Assembly (NCBI GenBank): GCA_051294905.1
Contig: CM119380.1
Coordinates: 5,766,001-5,830,000, forward strand
DNA: 64,000 bases
Origin: Botryllus schlosseri
Lineage: Eukaryota
Reading direction: 5' to 3'
Part shown: in pieces, positions 24,792-37,332 of the stretch
How positions within the stretch are numbered: position 1 is the first letter of the stretch
How the letters are laid out: every line of letters starts with the position of its first letter
Program-made: the position numbers and the translations under genes
Notes under the pieces: model-generated
Seen by the model: the letters and a program-made list of their open reading frames with translations, nothing else
The model's database searches: none
Told to the model about the DNA's origin: nothing

Positions 24792-25998
24792 TTAAGAAAT
24801 TGCAATCCTTAGTCCGTATTCGAATCTGAGATTCATCAAAAATTCGTGATTCAACCTTCTCGTTTGATATGTAGGCTATACAAGGTATACCAACTTTGTT
24901 GGCTTTGCAGAAAATTTTCCATTTACAAGTGAACAGAGATTAGACGCATATGAGTATTTTAGTTAGGCTTTCCAGGGACAAAATTGATAACTTTATACTC
25001 CTCTTTCATATTGGTAGAATGACCAATTGGCACAGGAGAAAATATATTTCCATTGTGCAAAATTACAATTTTTAGGCTTGACAATCTCCTTTTTTAACAA
25101 AACAAGTTCTCGCATCAGGTCATGTTAATATTGATGGAACAACTGGGAACGCCATGAGTGTTCACCATTGTCAATTATATATTTGTGCGCAGTATAATAG
25201 TAGAAAAATCTTAGATTTACTTCCCACCAAGTAAAATATTCAAGGGTAGATACGGTGATTTTAAGCTTCTTTAGGAGTATAAATATCTTCTTTTCTGGAG
25301 CAAATGTGGCAAAACCAATGTGATATTCGTAATCAGCAACCTTGAAAACCTAAATTTGCGAAGACGCCATATCCATCAGGTCCTGCATAAAATCCGATCA
25401 CGTTTATGCTATATATAGATTATGGAAGTTCCAATATTATCGACCAAATTCATACGTAAACGTAAATAACCATTTAGGCAACTAGTAAATTTAGGTATAC
25501 TGATTTTTCACAGCAGTCAAAAAGGTTGAAAACCACTGCACTAATCAATTCTCAACATATTCGGCGATATCAAAACGTTAGGCTACAAGCCTACATTATA
25601 AAGACAGTGCCAGAAAGCTAATGTGGCTGGCGTACCCGAGTTGTAACAGTTCTGTGAAGGACTGAATGTGTCAATAACAAGGACATAAGTTGAAAAATAC
25701 GCTGGCATATACTCTAAATGAGAAATTACATTAATACCAGTTAAAACTAACAGCGCTACACATCCCTGTTTACACTGCGAAGACTACGGAAAGACTGAGC
25801 ATGTACTAGGACACTTGCCCTCGTGCTGCGAGGCAGTCATGTGTGACAGTATCATAGATACAGGCGTAAAACCACCGTGACAAGTGATTTGAATTTCTAT
25901 TAAGGTATTTCCCTATCAAAGGAGGTAACGTGGATTTGAAAACTGCATTTTATACTCACGTAGCCATGTGTGTTTTTCTGTGATCAATCAACGCATCG

Positions 25999-26616
25999 TT
26001 CAATTCAAGACCAACAGGCATGTGACGTCTGGTACTGCGAATTAGCAAGTGATGTTGGCTGACGGGCGCGACCGCATCATTATTTTTGCCTACGAACTTC
26101 TTATCGACTCGATAAATTAGATTTTTCCGGTCAATATTACTAAACAGGGTGAAGGTACCATATTTGACCTATTATAGAGAAAAACGGTTATATTGGACTG
26201 ACGATTAAGCAATTACTAGCGGATCATATTTGATAATAATTCACAATTTTTAAAACGGGGTTTCCGAGCCATAAAATCCCATGGATGCACCATTGTCTTG
26301 ACCTTGCATTGACATGTTTCAATTCAAGACTAACAGGCATGTGACGTCTGGTACTGCGAATTAGCAAGTGATGTTGGCTAACGAGCGCGACCGCATCATT
26401 GTTTTTGCATGCGAAATTCTTATCGACTTGATATATTAGATTTTCCGGTGTATACTACAAAAGAGTGTGAAGGTACCATATTTGCCCTATTAGATTGTCG
26501 AATAAACAATTACAAGCAAGCAATATGTGACAAAAATTTAAAATTTTTAAAGGGGGTTTCCGACCCACAAAACCCCCTGAATACACCGTTGTCTTGACCT
26601 CGCATTGACGTGTCTC
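25999..26616. repeat. Two-copy tandem duplication (~300-320 bp unit)
   Basis: ttcaattcaagac..acaggcatgtgacgtctggtactgcgaattagc starts at 25999 and again at 26318. Confidence 0.9.
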
Positions 26617-27215
26617 AGTTACCATAAGAATATTTATTCTGGTCACTATGAAAAGTTATAAAAAGTGACAGAAATAACGCTAATAAGATGTGAATTAAGT
26701 TCGGCAGATTGCTAAGTTATAAATCATCCGTAACTTATCTTCAAAAGAGCCATGTATGGTTTGTGGACAATAGGTCCTCGACGCCTACCGAAAATGGTCA
26801 CGAACACAGTCAGATAGTCACGTAATCATAATTGCTGAAGTCATTTACTCAGCCGCGACACATCTTAACCATGGCAGTGTTAGGATGAGACGGGTCACGG
26901 TATTCGTGTGACTTGACTTGACTCGAGTCAATTTGCAAGATGACTTGCCTTGACTTGACTTTGACTCGACGCTTCAGAAATGCAGATTGACTCGTAACTC
27001 GCAGATAAATATACGGGAGAATTTCAAATTTTCAAGTATTCGATGCCGACTATATCGTTGTATCTTGTATAAGTTCGGATTGGTAACCAATCATTGAATT
27101 ATAAGTTTTACCGAGCCTCCATTGTTATATCACAATGAAGGGATCGCAAACGCAGTGATGGGGGCTTGCAGCTTACGTTGTCGTAAACTTGCTTCCCGTA
27201 ATCAACCCTCTAGTA

Positions 27216-28583
27216 CAGTGGTTCTCAACCTTTTTTGACACGCGCCCCCCTTGAAGATGGTCAAAAAAATCGCGCCCCCGTGACGCCCTTTGCATTTATC
27301 GTCATGTCAAAAAGAGCACATCATCTAATACAGAGGTGGGCAACGTTTTTGATAATCATGGCCGCATTTCGATTGCTTATGTAGCGTAAGGCCGCATTCC
27401 AGGGCATAGCCGCAATGAACGATCTGGACGCAAAATACCTATGGTAAACTGTCCATATCCATTCCCGGTGAACTCCGGACTTCTACTTTTCACAATGGCC
27501 TATTGTACGCACCGAAATCGCGAGTGGCAATGTTATGAATAGTTGCCGGGAGGTGCATATTGTCGCGCGGAGCGCGAAAATTTTTCAGGGCCGCAAACGA
27601 ATTGTTATTTCTTGCCAATTTCCATTTCGGCTCAGATTAAGAAGGGCGCTACTGCATTAAAATCGAAAAATGAAGTCTTGTTGAATTGCGCAGAGGGCGA
27701 AGAAAATTTTAAGATTAATTAAAATCTCTCGAAAATGCGAGAGTGAATTCGTAATTGCAATTTGCATGTCTACGGCCGCCAACACATACTAATTGAATGA
27801 GGCGTCGACGGCCGCTCCAATTCCCTTCTACGGCCGCAGGCTGCCCACCCCTGATCTAATAGTATACATAAGGTCTATCTTACGCCAATTTTGAATCTGC
27901 ATTCCAGTTGTTGAGTCTTTTACATTGCTGGCAAATTTCTCCAAACTTGTTTGAAAATTACAAAAAAACATTGAACAAGACATCCATTAATTAATATCAA
28001 GGTAGGTCACCCTGAGACTAATCCTGATGCTGGTAGTGAGTACAGAGAGCAAGGCGTCGTTCTGTCCTGCCAGGCTAAATTTGATCAGTTTTGGAAATTA
28101 ATGAAATTGTGTTGATTTATAGCCTAATTGAGGGCGAAACCGGGCAACCTATGTTGCATCTAAGTCTGTCTTAGGCAGTGCAGTTCGCAAGCTACTAACA
28201 AGAGCTGCCCGGCGCGACAAGCTTTAGGCTACTGTCAAAGCTATGAAGCAATGAATGACTTACACGTGGGAATTGCTCTAAATCTTCAAAGAATTTCAAA
28301 AATTTGCTCAAATGAAGTTGAAATCAGACTATACTCCGTTGAGCGCGGTTGCTAGAGTTTGTATTTGCAAACTTTCTTGAATATGGAATAAATTTCATCT
28401 TCATTAATCGTCTTCTCATAATGGATGTGAAACACATGTTCAGACACGGACAATTTATACCGACTTTGTCAATTTCTCGCACCCCCCCCCCCCCCCTATA
28501 CTGACTTCGTCCATTTTTCGCGCCCCCCATGAGAGCTTCCCGCGCCCCCAAGGGGGGCGCGCCCATCAGGTTGAGAACCCCTG
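27216..28583. mobile_element. hAT MITE related to 5473-10067
   Basis: TIRs CAGTGGTTCTCAACC / GGTTGAGAACCCCTG; perfect TSD CTCTAGTA. Confidence 0.9.
27331..27853. mobile_element. hAT MITE nested in 27216-28583
   Basis: CAGAGGTGGGCA / TGCCCACCCCTG ends; perfect TSD ATCTAATA. Confidence 0.9.
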
Positions 28584-29283
28584 CTCTAGTATCATTTGAA
28601 TCTAAAGAATATAGTTTATACGTTTATAATTGTTTATCGTGGATATATAGGTGGGCAGGGTATTGCACCATATCAATTTTTAGAATTTCTGAGGTTTCGC
28701 ATGTTATCCTGATTTAGGCTGATAATTACAGACTCAGGCTATACCGCTATACATGTGTACAGTTTAGCTCTTCTACGTATGCGCGAACGATACAGTGCCT
28801 TTTTGCGTGTATAATCAACTTCTTATGCGTTTCTCGATTCAGAACAAATGCGGAGTCCATCTGAATTTAAAACAGTTAGCAAAATACAATGACTTTGAAT
28901 CATGACTCAAACTTTGAAACTTCAACTTGACTTGACTAGTGACTTGACTTGTGACTTGAATTGACATTACTCGATTTGACTCGAGTAACCTCCAAAAATC
29001 CAGTGACTTGACTTGACTCGAATTAAAATGAGCAATGACTAGAGTTGACTTGATCCTAACTAACACTGAATCATGGCTGCGCGACTACACTAATGATCAA
29101 GAGAAAATACAGGTTTCTGATTAGTCAAACTCATACCGTTGACAAGAGTTATACTTGGCAATTTTATTATGTCGTTTTGGACCGGTATCACGAGTTAGCA
29201 ATCAGGCACTCCCACGAAGTACTTGTCACGATCTCGTTGCCTCCCAAGTTGTAATCGTTTATTAATTCACGTTTATTTGTCAG

Positions 29284-29849
29284 GTGACGAGACTGTCGAG
29301 GTATGCGCTGGAAATCGATGGCGCTTCAGTTCAGGAATGAGATTTCCCAGATATGATTTTGCAACCTGTGTGGTCGGAAGTAAAATATTAGTCGCGGGCG
29401 GTGTTTTAGATGCAGCTGGCGATTCCTATGTCCGCGAAATAGAGATTTACGACACTCTGAGCAGTAATTGGACAATGGCAAGCGGGATGACATTGTCTCG
29501 GAGAGCGTTTGTACTGGTTCATGTGAATGACAGGATATATGCAGTAGGGGGAGATGACGAGCGTACCGTGGTTTGGAACAATTCAAGTGCAGGCCAAAAC
29601 TGGTCCGATTCCGTAGCCAATACGCCGAGATTGTCGTCGTATGACAGCGTGGCTCTGAATGAAGCGATTTATGTCGTTGGAAAGACGGAGGATATCAGAA
29701 GTTTTCAAAAGCACTGTCTGGCGGATAATCAATGGCGTGACCTACAACTTCCCTCCATTCCTTGGCGTGGCGGAGTACGAATGGCTATCGTCCCTAATCG
29801 GCAGCGCGAAAATGCAGAAAATGCGAAGCGTCTCCGATCTGCAAGTTGA
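29284..29849 (+). CDS. Terminal coding exon of a kelch-repeat protein (probably a BTB-BACK-kelch family member)
   Basis: Acceptor tttatttgtcag at 29283 (phase 1); open frame with kelch blades PRYDFATCVVGSKILVAGG, EIYDTLSSNW, RIYAVGG, AIYVVG...NQW; TGA at 29847-29849. Upstream exons not securely located. Confidence 0.8.
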
Positions 29850-30349
29850 ATTGATTGATATTACCCAGGATATGTTTTTGACACTATTCCTATAAGAGCT
29901 GACTTCTTTCGTTGATAACTTGGCGACGTTGCGACATGTTTTCTGTTCACGCAATCAAGCAATCGCTAATCTGTGGGTTACTTAGTATGGGAATCGACAT
30001 CCAATTCAACATCCTCATTTGCTACTGCTGTCATTGCAAACATCATCAAATCATTTAACATCAAGCGTGGAAGTAATATTTCCTGATTCAGGTAATAAGG
30101 CAGGTATAGATACGCTATAGCTTTATTGTCAAGGTCTAGTAGCGGACAAGTGATCCTTAGGCATGAGCATACTTTTGATTTGAAATATAACCAAAATGTA
30201 ACGAAATGGGGCAGGTAGTAGAGATTTGTAGGATCAGAATTTTGGATTATAACCGACAGGAATCCGACAATGTTTTCTCAAACAGGATCGAATACGGATT
30301 CACATTTTACGTGACAGCCGGATCCGGATCAGGACAGGATTCCAAATGT

Positions 30350-31231
30350 CTAGGGCAGCGCAAGCGCCCCCTGGGCGCGTTCGCGAGCGTAAAGGGGGCG
30401 CTAACCATGAAATGGGCGATTGGGGGGCGATGGTTTTAAAATTGGGCGGTAGGGGGCGCTGAGAACAAATGGGGTCGTAGTAGGTTCAGAAGGCACTGTT
30501 CCGTAGTGTTGAAACGATTGATAAATAAAGCAACTAAATTCGCAGTAAAATGCAGAATCGATTCAGTCAGGGTAATTTAGGGTCGTCTGTCTATTTATTC
30601 AGCTGTACGGGAAAATTCCAATGTTACTTTCCAATGTTGAACCGACCCAACAATGGACTAATTTAGCTGTTGGCAGTATCCCTGAGAAGCGTGGTTCATT
30701 GTTTACTGTGAGAACTACGAAGTATTTGAGCAGTTATTGCACAATGCAAGTTGTTACGTTTCAAACGATCGTGGATTTTCCACAGTGCTGCGACCGTTAT
30801 CTTCGACATGGCGTTCTGGGTGCGGGAGCGATATCGCGTTTACTTGACCGGCATATCTTGAAAATTTATTAGTAGAGTATACCCGTTCTTAGTATCATTG
30901 ATACAAGATGAAGGTGTAAATGGCGCTGTCCGGATTCATATATATATTTCACCGGAATTTCGCGACACGTAAACTGCTTCTATTTTCAAGCTTGCATGAG
31001 CTACCAGTACAGCGCATGCCCGATTTTGATGGAGAAACAGAAAATTGCACGAGGATAGCATAATTAGATTCCAGGACATATTTCAATTAGAGATTCATTC
31101 CCGGATAATCAATCCATTCTGTGAAGTTCTGGAGCATGAGGAGCTGATTACATTGTAGTGCAGAACAATATGCGCTGGCACTTTATTCGTTGTCCAGGGG
31201 GGCGGTAGCTGGAAAAACATGGGAGACATTG
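30350..31231 (+). mobile_element. Second copy of the Charlie-derived family seen at 4422-5122
   Basis: Shares gcgttcgcgag...atgggcgattggggg and FQDIFQLEIHSRIINPF-encoding sequence. Confidence 0.6.
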
Positions 31232-33482
31232 GTCTAGAGCAGGGGCGGGCAACTTCTCCAATCGGCGGCCGGATATAGGAAAATTAAGTAAGAATTAAGT
31301 ACTTAGCGGGCCGGATTGTTGAATCGATACATTATTCGTCCATTTATCCACTTAGGTAAGGAATAAATCGTAGTAAAGGTAGGCTATGTATTTTAACGAC
31401 AATGTCGCTTCAAAGTCATTTCTCGTCGATAATGAGAAAGACAATGTGGATTTGAGAATAGCATTGTCACACAGGCGCCGCCATATCTGATTCTCTCTGA
31501 TCAATCAGCGGTGCAATCCTTAATTAAGATTTTAAGGCGGTCGATAACCCCGGTACCCCTAATTTACCAAGATACAATTCATTAGGGTTGAACAGGTGAA
31601 TAGATAGCGTCGTTGTTCAACTGTATGGCCTAATTAATCTCGATATTGAATTCATGCGACCCGCGTCTTATACGAAATTTTAAAAGTGGCCCGCGACCCG
31701 TTTTGAGTTGGCGCCCCCTGGCATAAGCGGTGTCTTACAAAAGCCTAGAAGTGTGCCAAGCTACAAGTCGGCGGTTACGGATCAAAAAATAAGAAATATC
31801 ACCCTGGTGTGAATAACCAATGTGGTCGACAAACACCATGATTACCACAAACGACATTAGGGTTGAGTACATCGTATATGCCGCAGACATGGGGTAATCG
31901 CGATTAGTAATCGTAATCGATTACGACGATTACAGCATTTTGAAGTAATCGTAATCGTAATCGATTACATTCGAAAAAAATCCGAAGTAATCGTAATCGT
32001 AATCGACTACTTCCCATATCTAATCGATTTGTTTGTGAAAGAACGATTACTTTTTGTTTGTACAAGGACTATGACATAAACTGAATATTCGTGAACAAGA
32101 ATGAGATAATATATCACGTTAGCGTTAGCACAAACGTCTATTTTCAAACGCCACTGACTCATTATTACGTCAGAAGTATTAGCTCCGCTCGTAATTGCGT
32201 AACAAGTATCCACACATAGTAAACAGACATTCGATGGACATTGTAGTATGATTGTAAGAACACCTCCCGTGGTGTATATCAGGTTAACAATACACTACAG
32301 AAGCCGCTACCTCGCAGCAGAATATTGATCACCACTCTGCCTATAGTTTCAAATAGTAACTTATGTAATAATGTTTGGTTGTGCTTAGTTAAACGCCGTT
32401 TACCATTGCTGCTTGGCGAACATGAAGCCTACGTACGCACGTGCACCTGAAGAAGATTCGTAATTTTGTACTCGTCGAATAAGACATTGCAGTTTCCACA
32501 ACGAAGCATTACAAATAAACAGCTGCTAGTATATATCATAACCGAGCCGTGCTTAGCCGTTTCTCGTAACAGCAGCTCGCTGTATATGTATTAAGTTGAA
32601 GGCAGAATTTTTATGTTAACCATATCTTATTCTCATATAACTACTTGAAACGGGCGTCAATCGTTATTTCACAGTTCGTTACTTAGCATTTAGTTTAGAC
32701 CTATCGCCATAACCATCCGCTTATATAGCCTGACATGTTAGCGTGGGTTGTAGCTAGAATCAGCAATTCAGCCAAAACAGCAATTCCCCTGTCCAACCGT
32801 TGGTCAATTTTCAAAAGTGAATTTCGTCAATAATATTGGTAATTGCATATATATTACTATTCATTTATAACCTCTATGAGCCCCGAGTGTCAGATTTACC
32901 TGTAAAGCTGGGGCACGTAATTCATATTGATAGCATCTGGTATGTTGTTATATTTACTGTATGTTGTTAATTCGCGACCTCCAGTCCGTTGTATAATCAC
33001 AAGATATTGTACTCGCCCTAACGTAGCAGACTAAAAGAATATCTTTTGTGAGACGCCCACACAAATTGTCATGGCTTTATTCTTTTGTGGATGCGCCGGG
33101 TGACATTTGCATTGTGGGCCCAGATTGGAAGGACAGGAGTTATTAGTCCCGCCGACTCAGCGCGGCTATTGACAATGGACGAATAGCCTACCCTAAGTTT
33201 CGGCCAAGGTGTTTCTTTGGTATCACATCCCTGGGAGTTGCGTGTTGGCCGAAACTGCATATGTGTTTTGGTGTGTTGTGGGATCGTGATGCGGTAATGA
33301 CCGGCTACGAAATGCCTGTTCCCATAAAATATAGCCTATATGTATGTTTTTTCTTGAGGGGAAGATGTATGCATTTCTAACCCAGCTATCTACTGGAGCA
33401 GGGGTCACCAACTGTTTTGAAACAAAAAGCTACTTCTTGTGTAGTGTGTGCTGATTATTGCGACGACTGACGGGTTACCTCG

Positions 33483-33838
33483 TACTCCCGTCGTTTATCC
33501 ATGTTCAGTTGGATTTCTTCACTTAGAGTAAGACAATCAAAGCACTGGGCCGGGTTTCCGCCCCTTACCAAGAAAAAAAACGCTCACTCGCAGGGACTCA
33601 CACCAGCTCCTCCAAGCTCAGTTGCGTTGCTGCAGTGCGCGCAGAAGCGCCGATCTCCGCGTCTAGACTCGGGAATATTAACTATATAGATTCCCGTTGA
33701 GCCGCCGCGTGGGCGAAGACAAGCAATGCCCCCAGCGACTGCGTTCGTATGTTCCTTGGCGTCGGCCGACCCATGTTCAACTGCTGCTCATATGAAACGA
33801 GCTCCAACTATCAAATCTCTCATTTGGATATTTGCTAC
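33483..33838 (-). pseudogene. Decayed, internally deleted 28S (LSU) rDNA fragment
   Basis: Colinear antisense matches to conserved LSU blocks recalled from metazoan 28S: tactcccgYcgttta...tttcttcactt...agcactgggc; gccccttac-aagaaaa; cgggaatattaac; gacccatgttcaactgctg-tcaYatg-aac; ctcatttgRatatttgctac. Roughly 70-75% similar by eye. Confidence 0.75.
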
Positions 33839-33842
33839 AGCG

Positions 33843-34280
33843 CAGTGGTGGCCATACGAACGGGGGAAGCCTTGGCGAGACTTACCGCCCCCCCTATAAG
33901 TATCTATCCGTATCTTATGGGGGGCTTCGCCCCTAGACCCCTCTTTTGCATCTGTTATTATTATCTATCTATCAAGGTTTGGCCAGGTGCTGGATTCGGC
34001 CATGTCTATTTTTTCATGTGTGCAAAGATACACGACATTAAAACTAAGTAATTTTACCGCATGCAGAGACGTGATGATTATCGGGATATGGTACTTCTCT
34101 AACAAATGCAGAGATTTGATGATGATTGACACATCTGTACGGAATCCTATTCTTGCCTTACACGGATTTCCATGTTTATTGGTCATTATCCTTGAAAAAA
34201 GCACATAATCCCAATAAGGGAGCCCTTCGGCCAGCCCCCCTGGCGACCGCCCACCTCGCCCACCCCAAAAGCCCCCACTA
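33843..34280. mobile_element. Small hAT-like insertion at the end of the 28S fragment
   Basis: Perfect 8-bp TSD CTACAGCG (33835-33842, 34281-34288); imperfect ends CAGTGGTGGC / GCCCCCACTA. Confidence 0.7.
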
Positions 34281-35073
34281 CTACAGCGACCGCGGTCGAC
34301 TCATTTGGTCCGCGTTGGTGACCCCTGTACTAGAGATATTTGAATCGCAAAGCTCGAAAAACATTTACAAGAATTAATTAAATTCTCGAAAATGCTCTAT
34401 AATATATGTTGGTTTACGAAATACTTTTGAGTCCCCTTCGAGCACGCTCCCCACTCTATGAAGGAATTTGGGGCGCGGCAGGTAAAGACCTGGCAATAAT
34501 GCAAATCGTTGGATGAGATAAATTATCCACTATTAAGTTGGGCAATTGATATATTATGACGTAATAAGCAAATGACGCATGATGAAGAAAGTTGATATCT
34601 CATTAAGCCTTTTCATCGCAATCCTTGTATTGTCTTCCCATATATCATTTAAGATTATAGTCCCAAGCAAAACAAATGTAATCGTGAGTAATCGTGATTA
34701 CTTTTTCAATGTAATCGTAATCGTAATCGACTACTTCCTGATTTTGCTGTAATCGTAATCGTAATCGTAATCGCGTGATTCCGAAGTAATCGTAATCGCA
34801 ATCGATTACATTCATAAAGTAATCACCCCATGTCTGATATGCCGATAGTGCAAGTCTTCTCTCTTCGACGTACTTACGCGTAAGCTCCACTCTCGCACGC
34901 TGCGCATAGTGCGCGCACACGTATATAATAACATACAGTCACTAAAATTTAACGTAGTAAGCAAGTAGTGGGGAATCTCGGCAAAATTATCATGTAAGAC
35001 GGAAAGCAGTCCGCGAGCCGGACAAAATCCCTTCGTGGGCCGTATATTTCCCGCCCCTGGCTAGAGCATCAGT

Positions 35074-35340
35074 GAGAGAGAGAGAGAGAGAGATACGGAA
35101 TTTTTTCGCCTTCATCATCGAGGTGCTTCGATGACGGAGATGCGATACTGCCTTTTGAGCAAGGTCATCTAGTCTGCACCCCTATTTTTTCTCCTCCATG
35201 CTATCCGTGATTGCTGAGCGCCTAGCAGGATAGCCGCGGATACCAGTTTGGGAGTCTTTGGTCTGACGCCGCCGGGGAGCAAACCCACGACCTACCGATC
35301 AAGAAGCTGGACGCATCACCATTGCGCTATCTCGCTCGGT
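35074..35340 (-). mobile_element. tRNA-derived SINE
   Basis: Minus strand: A-box TAGCGCAATGG, degenerate B-box GGTTTGCTCCC, body gtcagaccaaagact...ggtatccgcggctatcctgctaggcgctcagca, (TC)n tail at 35074-35093. Confidence 0.7.
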
Positions 35341-36599
35341 GAAAGTGACTTTCTGCTGCTTACTTCGATATCTTATATAAAATTGGACTCAGCTGGCTTC
35401 GGCATTGCACAACTATTTCGAAAAATCCCTAATATCAAACTTCAATGCATTGCCGTAGTGCAATTGGAAAGATTGATGATCAGCATCGTGGAGGTTGTTT
35501 TTGGATACGAATTTTTACATTTAAGACTGAAACAGGATACGGATTGGATCAGGATTCCACTTTATCGAACAATATTGAGTCCAGATCCCGGAAAACCATG
35601 ATCCGTACATCCCTAGGCCCCTAAGGTGGGAAACCGATACACGAATGGCAAGGTGGAATCAAATTGACCCCATCAGTTAATATGATTTTTGTCTTATCAA
35701 TTTCGCTATACAGCTGTCTAATAACCTCCTGCAGGACGTTATAAGGAGGAATCTTCCTCTATTGAACCCTACTGTCTACCCTTTTCAAGATACCCCCCGT
35801 ATAAGGCGTAACATCATAACACGAATGTCGAGGTGGGGTCAACGTCAAAGTGACCTCATCGATTATTATTACAACAGGTATTACAATGTAACAATACAAT
35901 ACAACAATACAATACGATACAATAATACAACAGTACAACAGTTAATTATTACAAGAAAGTAAATTGAATCAGAATCTATATCGGGTCCAATGCATGTTTG
36001 ACATGTGATGCATCTTCCGCAATAAGCCTGAATATTATTCACGCATTCAATCCACCTAAAACTAACTTTCTCTGACCAGCACAGAGATCTGAAAGCTTGT
36101 CGTTATGCTTAGTTGACTCCGCGTGACATAAACAATGCGAAAAAGTGATTAATCCGTGGAAAGTTGCATTTATTTTTGACAAAAGTTGCACTAAGAGACC
36201 ACATTTTGCTCGGTTGACTAAAAACAAAAAAGTTCAACTTCACAAATCCACTCCTGAAATACAGTTTTCCATCCGCATTCTCTATTGATTGACTAAAAAA
36301 GGGGAACTTTCCGACTCAGCTCCCGAAATACCCGTAAGAGCGTTACTTCAGTGCTGATTTACGGTAATTCAGTCGAATGTGGTCGTGTATTTTACCAAGA
36401 TCAGTAATACTTTCATGAAAAATCGAAAAAGTTGCAAAATGTTGCACAAAGTTGCATGAAAATAAATCGACAAAAGTTGCAAAAAGTTGCACTATAAGCA
36501 GGGTTACCATCGACATTGGCCCAAAAATAAGGACAGTCAAAAAATTAGATTAGCACGAAAAAGTGTTTTTGTACATACTTTGTATCTATACGAGCCATG

Positions 36600-37326
36600 G
36601 CATATGACATTCCATACTTTTCACCAGAAATATTCTGCTTTAGCAACTCCTTTTTATTAGAAAGTGCGTCATGGCTCTCGCGACAGCTCAGGTGTAGGTC
36701 TACCTTTATTCAGATCCGAAACAGTACTTCGTCAGCCCCCCCCCCAAAAAAAACGTTGGGCTTGCCTCCCCTCCCCCTACGGTGATAAACCAAATTTCTC
36801 CACCTCGTTAGAGGCGTCAACCAAGATGGAAAAAAACCGTACACCGGGTTTTAGACGAAATCGTATTTGAGCGGATGGAGCAAAAATTCCAGTAACAATG
36901 CTTGTATAGTCTTGGTCCTGACCGAAGAAAACTTATTTGCAATGTTGACATCGGGGAATATTGCTTTGAACAATTACGATATGCAATCGATGGTGATGAA
37001 TGATTGCTGGTGTTTGACAGTATGGAATGCCCAGGTACGTGACGTACCCTCAGCAGCAGCTGCCTTGTAGTCTGTGGTCGTTGGTGCTGATCGACTTGTG
37101 GACAAAATTATTCATCGACTGGCTCAAATTAACCATCATGACACACTTCTTGTGTTTCGGTGTATCAATGTGAGTTGAAATAGCAGTCTTTCCTATTGCC
37201 TCCATCCAGGTTAATGTCACAATTGCAGATAATGTTAAGTGCAAAACACTCGCCCTTCAAGTTTCGTTAGAAACCCCTGGATTCTCTCTCATAATCGTCA
37301 CGAAAAACGTTTTTACGCCTGTTCAT
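36600..37326 (-). pseudogene. hAT transposase remnant (N-terminal BED-like region plus C-terminal tip)
   Basis: MNRRKNVFRDDY...CNCDINL/IGKTAISTHIDTPKH; AAAAEGT..WAFHTVKHQQSF...DCIS*LFKAIFPD..IANKFS..RTK; C-terminal KKELLKQNISGEKY; stops and frameshifts. Confidence 0.65.
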
Positions 37327-37332
37327 TTAAAC

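Larger units (their letters stand above)
26905..29068. mobile_element. Repeat with (GACTT)n/GACTCGAG arrays split by nested MITEs
   Basis: gacttgacttgactcgag arrays at 26905-26995 and 28890-29060; termini and TSD not resolved. Confidence 0.45.
33399..34327. mobile_element. hAT MITE carrying a 28S rDNA fragment
   Basis: 14-bp TIR CAGGGGTCACCAAC / GTTGGTGACCCCTG; TSD TACTGGAG / TACTAGAG (7/8). Confidence 0.85.
31884..34836. mobile_element. hAT-like element with (GTAATC)n subterminal arrays
   Basis: 12-bp TIR CAGACATGGGGT; perfect 8-bp TSD ATATGCCG. Confidence 0.9.
31240..35059. mobile_element. hAT MITE expanded by nested insertions
   Basis: CAGGGGCGGGCAAC ... ATTTCCCGCCCCTG; flanks GTCTAGAG / GCTAGAG (one-base indel). 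Confidence 0.6.

Noticed and set aside
25765-25830. CLHC...EHVLGH, possible LINE CCHC zinc-finger relic
   Set aside because: Too short, last Cys absent and no neighbouring RT similarity.
33483-33838. Functional rRNA gene
   Set aside because: Short, heavily mutated, internally deleted and inside a MITE; listed as a pseudogene fragment instead.
35250-35340. tRNA gene
   Set aside because: B-box is degenerate, there is no convincing acceptor stem, and the sequence continues into a SINE body and tail.
30217-35614. A fifth, outermost nesting level (GGATC-rich repeat ends at 30217 and 35614)
   Set aside because: Ends are only loosely complementary and no TSD was found.
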